DNA from: Candidatus Cloacimonadota bacterium
GTDB lineage: Bacteria > Cloacimonadota > Cloacimonadia > JGIOTU-2
Reading direction: 5' to 3'
DNA: 64,000 nucleotides
Assembly: GCA_016932035.1 (NCBI GenBank)
Contig: JAFGDR010000023.1
Location: 9,775-73,774 of the forward strand
The notes beneath the pieces were generated by a model. The model worked only from the letters and a program-made list of their open reading frames with translations, did not search any database and was not told the origin of the DNA. Below, one piece after another: positions 61,520 to 64,000 of this stretch. The translations under genes and the position numbers were made by a program. Numbering within the stretch: the stretch's first letter is position 1; each line of letters begins with the position of its first letter.

Positions 61520-62212
61520 ATGAATTATAACATCATCATTTTTCCCGGATCAAATTGTGATTATGATGCCTACTATGTAACAAAGAACCTGATGAGGGAT
61601 GAGGTTGAATATGTGTGGCATAAAGACACTGAGTTGAAGAATCCTGATTGTGTGATCATTCCTGGTGGTTTTTCATATGGAGATTATCTTCGAGCAGGTG
61701 CAATAGCAAAATTCAGCCCGATCATGAACGAAGTTGTCAGTTTTACTCAAAAGGGTGGTTTAGTAATCGGTATATGTAATGGATTCCAGGTTTTAACGGA
61801 AACCCGCTTATTGCCTGGTGCACTTCTTCAGAATAAATCACTCCTCTTTATCTGTAAACATCAGCAGGTTAAAGTTGTGAATACATCAACTCCATTTACG
61901 AATGCAATTATAAAGGATAGTATACTGGATATTCCTATCGCTCATAATGAAGGCAATTACTATATTGACAATGATGGGCTCAAATCATTACAGGATAATG
62001 ACCAGATCGTTTTTCAATATTGTGACAATAATGGGATCATTGATGATAGTACAAACCCAAATGGGGCTGTAATGAACATTGCAGGTATCGTAAATAAAAA
62101 AGGAAATGTACTCGGCATGATGCCTCATCCTGAAAGAAGTTCTGACCCTACTTGCGGTGTTACTGACGGTCAGCAAATATTTTTATCAATTAAAAATTTT
62201 GTAGAAAAATGA
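61520..62212 (+). CDS. purQ: FGAM synthase subunit PurQ
   Basis: FPGSNCD, PGGFSYGDYLRAG, GICNGFQ and GMMPHPER motifs. Confidence 0.97.
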   Translation: MNYNIIIFPGSNCDYDAYYVTKNLMRDEVEYVWHKDTELKNPDCVIIPGGFSYGDYLRAGAIAKFSPIMNEVVSFTQKGGLVIGICNGFQVLTETRLLPGALLQNKSLLFICKHQQVKVVNTSTPFTNAIIKDSILDIPIAHNEGNYYIDNDGLKSLQDNDQIVFQYCDNNGIIDDSTNPNGAVMNIAGIVNKKGNVLGMMPHPERSSDPTCGVTDGQQIFLSIKNFVEK

Positions 62213-62904
62213 ATGTCATTACTTCAGTTGCCAATCTATTATTTCCACCTATGTGCTTTTCATGTAATGAAAGATTAGAAAACAGCACGATATTGTGCAA
62301 TAATTGCATTGACCAACTTATCGATCTTGAAGGGATCAGGTGTACATTCTGTCATAAAGAGATTTCTCATGGCTTTATTTGCGATGAATGTAAAACGATA
62401 TATCCTTTTGATGAAGTGGTTTGTGCATATATGTATAATTCACCAATTCAAAGCATGATCCATCATTTTAAATATAATGAATTCAAAAAGATTGGCACAT
62501 ATCTCGGCAAAAGACTTGCTGATAAATTATCACATTATGATTTCACTCGTAACACAGATTATATCATACCTGTTCCGCTTCATAGAACAAAGGAGCGATT
62601 TCGAGGATTCAATCAAGCTGAAATCATTGCAAAAGCAATCTCAAAATCTATTAAAATACCAATTCTAAGTGATGTGATAAGAAGGAAAAAATTCACTCAA
62701 ACGCAGACAAAACTTGATCATACAGAAAGAGAAAAGAATGTTGCCGATGCCTTTATATTGAAAGATTCAGAGATTCTTAAGAAGAAATCTATATTATTAG
62801 TTGACGATGTTTTGACAACAGGATCAACTATGAAATCAATAGCACTTTTATTAAAGGAGAATCTTGCAGCGCATGTTTATGTATGTACATTAGCACGCGC
62901 ATAA
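62209..62904 (+). CDS. comF: ComF family protein (double zinc ribbon plus PRTase)
   Basis: Four CxxC motifs, PVPLH....R.RGFNQ and LLVDDVLTTGST. Confidence 0.92.
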   Translation: MNVITSVANLLFPPMCFSCNERLENSTILCNNCIDQLIDLEGIRCTFCHKEISHGFICDECKTIYPFDEVVCAYMYNSPIQSMIHHFKYNEFKKIGTYLGKRLADKLSHYDFTRNTDYIIPVPLHRTKERFRGFNQAEIIAKAISKSIKIPILSDVIRRKKFTQTQTKLDHTEREKNVADAFILKDSEILKKKSILLVDDVLTTGSTMKSIALLLKENLAAHVYVCTLARA

Positions 62905-62910
62905 TAAAAT

Positions 62911-63270
62911 ATGGATCTTATAGTAGAAGTTTCAAAAGATGATGCTCATGAGCTGATGGATAGAACTGCGAAGTTCATCGTTGAAAGAAGAATGGGTTCT
63001 GCAGCTATTCTCCTCATTGAATCTCTCAGACCGTTGAATTTTATTGCCAGCCAGATCCTCTATATGATAGCTCCATTTGCTGAGATCATTTTCAAACCTG
63101 ATGAATATCAGAAATTTGCATGTTCCCTTGAAGATACGGAGAATGTAAAATATCTTATTAATAAGATTGACGAAAAGGATGCTGAATTTCATAAGAAATT
63201 AAAAGCTGATAAGAAGAAAGCGCGCGAATTGAAAAAGAAGAAAAAAGAATTAAAAAAGAAAGTTAAATAA
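62911..63270 (+). CDS. Conserved hypothetical protein
   Basis: A..IV.RRM...AILLIES.RPL.FI.SQ......PF motif and Lys-rich tail; lies directly upstream of the GlmL-like gene. Confidence 0.7.
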   Translation: MDLIVEVSKDDAHELMDRTAKFIVERRMGSAAILLIESLRPLNFIASQILYMIAPFAEIIFKPDEYQKFACSLEDTENVKYLINKIDEKDAEFHKKLKADKKKARELKKKKKELKKKVK

Positions 63271-63282
63271 ATCGGAGGAAAT

Positions 63283-64000
63283 ATGGCAAAAGATCTACGT
63301 TCGATATTGGCTACTGATTGTGGTAGTACAACAACGAAGGCCATATTAATTAAGAAAATCAAAGATGAATATCGTTTGATCGTGCGAGGTGAAGCACCCA
63401 CGACAGTTGAAGCACCCTTTGATGATGTTACCAAAGGTGTTCTTAATGCAGTCGAGGAAGTTGAAGACCTTGTTCATATTCGAGGAGAGCAAGAGAGAGC
63501 AATCATTAAAGATGAAACCATCGAAGTGCCGCAAGATGGCGAGAAAGGTGTCGATGCATATGTATCAACCAGCAGCGCCGGTGGTGGTTTGCAGATGATG
63601 GTTGCTGGTGTGGTTAAAAGCATGACCGGAGAAAGTGCGGAGCGAGCAGCGCTCGGTGCGGGAGCGATCGTTATGGATGTACTTGCCAGCAACGACAAAC
63701 GTCTTCCACATCAACGTATCGAGAGGATACGACACCTCAGACCTGATATGATACTTCTTTCAGGTGGAATCGATGGTGGAACAACCAAGCATGTTGTCGA
63801 GTTGGCAGAGATCATTGCTGCAGCAGATCCCAAACCTCGTCTCGGTTCGGAATATAAACTCCCTGTTATTTATGCAGGCAATAAAGATGCTCGAGATGCA
63901 GTGCGAGATACCCTCGGAAATAAAGTCGATCTTATCATAACCGACAATATTCGTCCTGTTCTCGAAAGAGAAAATCTAGGACCTGCTCGTGACAAGATCC
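63283..64000 (+). CDS. GlmL/MutL-like ASKHA ATPase (partial, runs off the right edge)
   Basis: Not in the ORF track. GGAGG RBS, then MAKDLRSILATDCGSTTTKA...PTTVEAP..DV...STSSAGGGLQM...A.RAALGAGA...LRPDMILLSGGIDGG...YAGN, open to 64000. Confidence 0.88.
   Translation, partial: MAKDLRSILATDCGSTTTKAILIKKIKDEYRLIVRGEAPTTVEAPFDDVTKGVLNAVEEVEDLVHIRGEQERAIIKDETIEVPQDGEKGVDAYVSTSSAGGGLQMMVAGVVKSMTGESAERAALGAGAIVMDVLASNDKRLPHQRIERIRHLRPDMILLSGGIDGGTTKHVVELAEIIAAADPKPRLGSEYKLPVIYAGNKDARDAVRDTLGNKVDLIITDNIRPVLERENLGPARDKI

Overview
A gene-dense, roughly 35-37% GC (estimated by eye) bacterial chromosome segment. Gene content suggests an anaerobic diderm of the FCB group, most like Candidatus Cloacimonadota; this is an inference. 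It holds seven secreted proteins with a T9SS/FlgD-Ig-type C-terminal domain, including a PorU-like sortase and a gingipain-like C25 protein. Housekeeping genes include obgE, dprA, a solo groES with a degenerate CIRCE, rpsT, nadK, purLBSQ, lgt, comF and folE2, plus four tRNAs. A catabolic run encodes methylmalonyl-CoA mutase, tryptophanase and LeuCD-like subunits. No mobile element, CRISPR array or rRNA was seen. Main leads: (1) a four-gene uncharacterised membrane-complex operon (DUF6754-like, 45213-50227) plus two GlmL-like actin-fold ATPases, one fused to barrel-sandwich hybrid repeats, with no glutamate mutase in view; (2) two adjacent secreted beta-helix genes, each interrupted by one in-frame TGA, one in a C-E-Y-G-TGA context and the other at a position that is Cys in its own repeats, so candidate Sec/Cys readthrough; (3) TTGAC(A) hexamers ahead of most transcription units, usually without a canonical -10 box, with apparently leaderless genes. 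All family calls come from motif recognition, not database searches.
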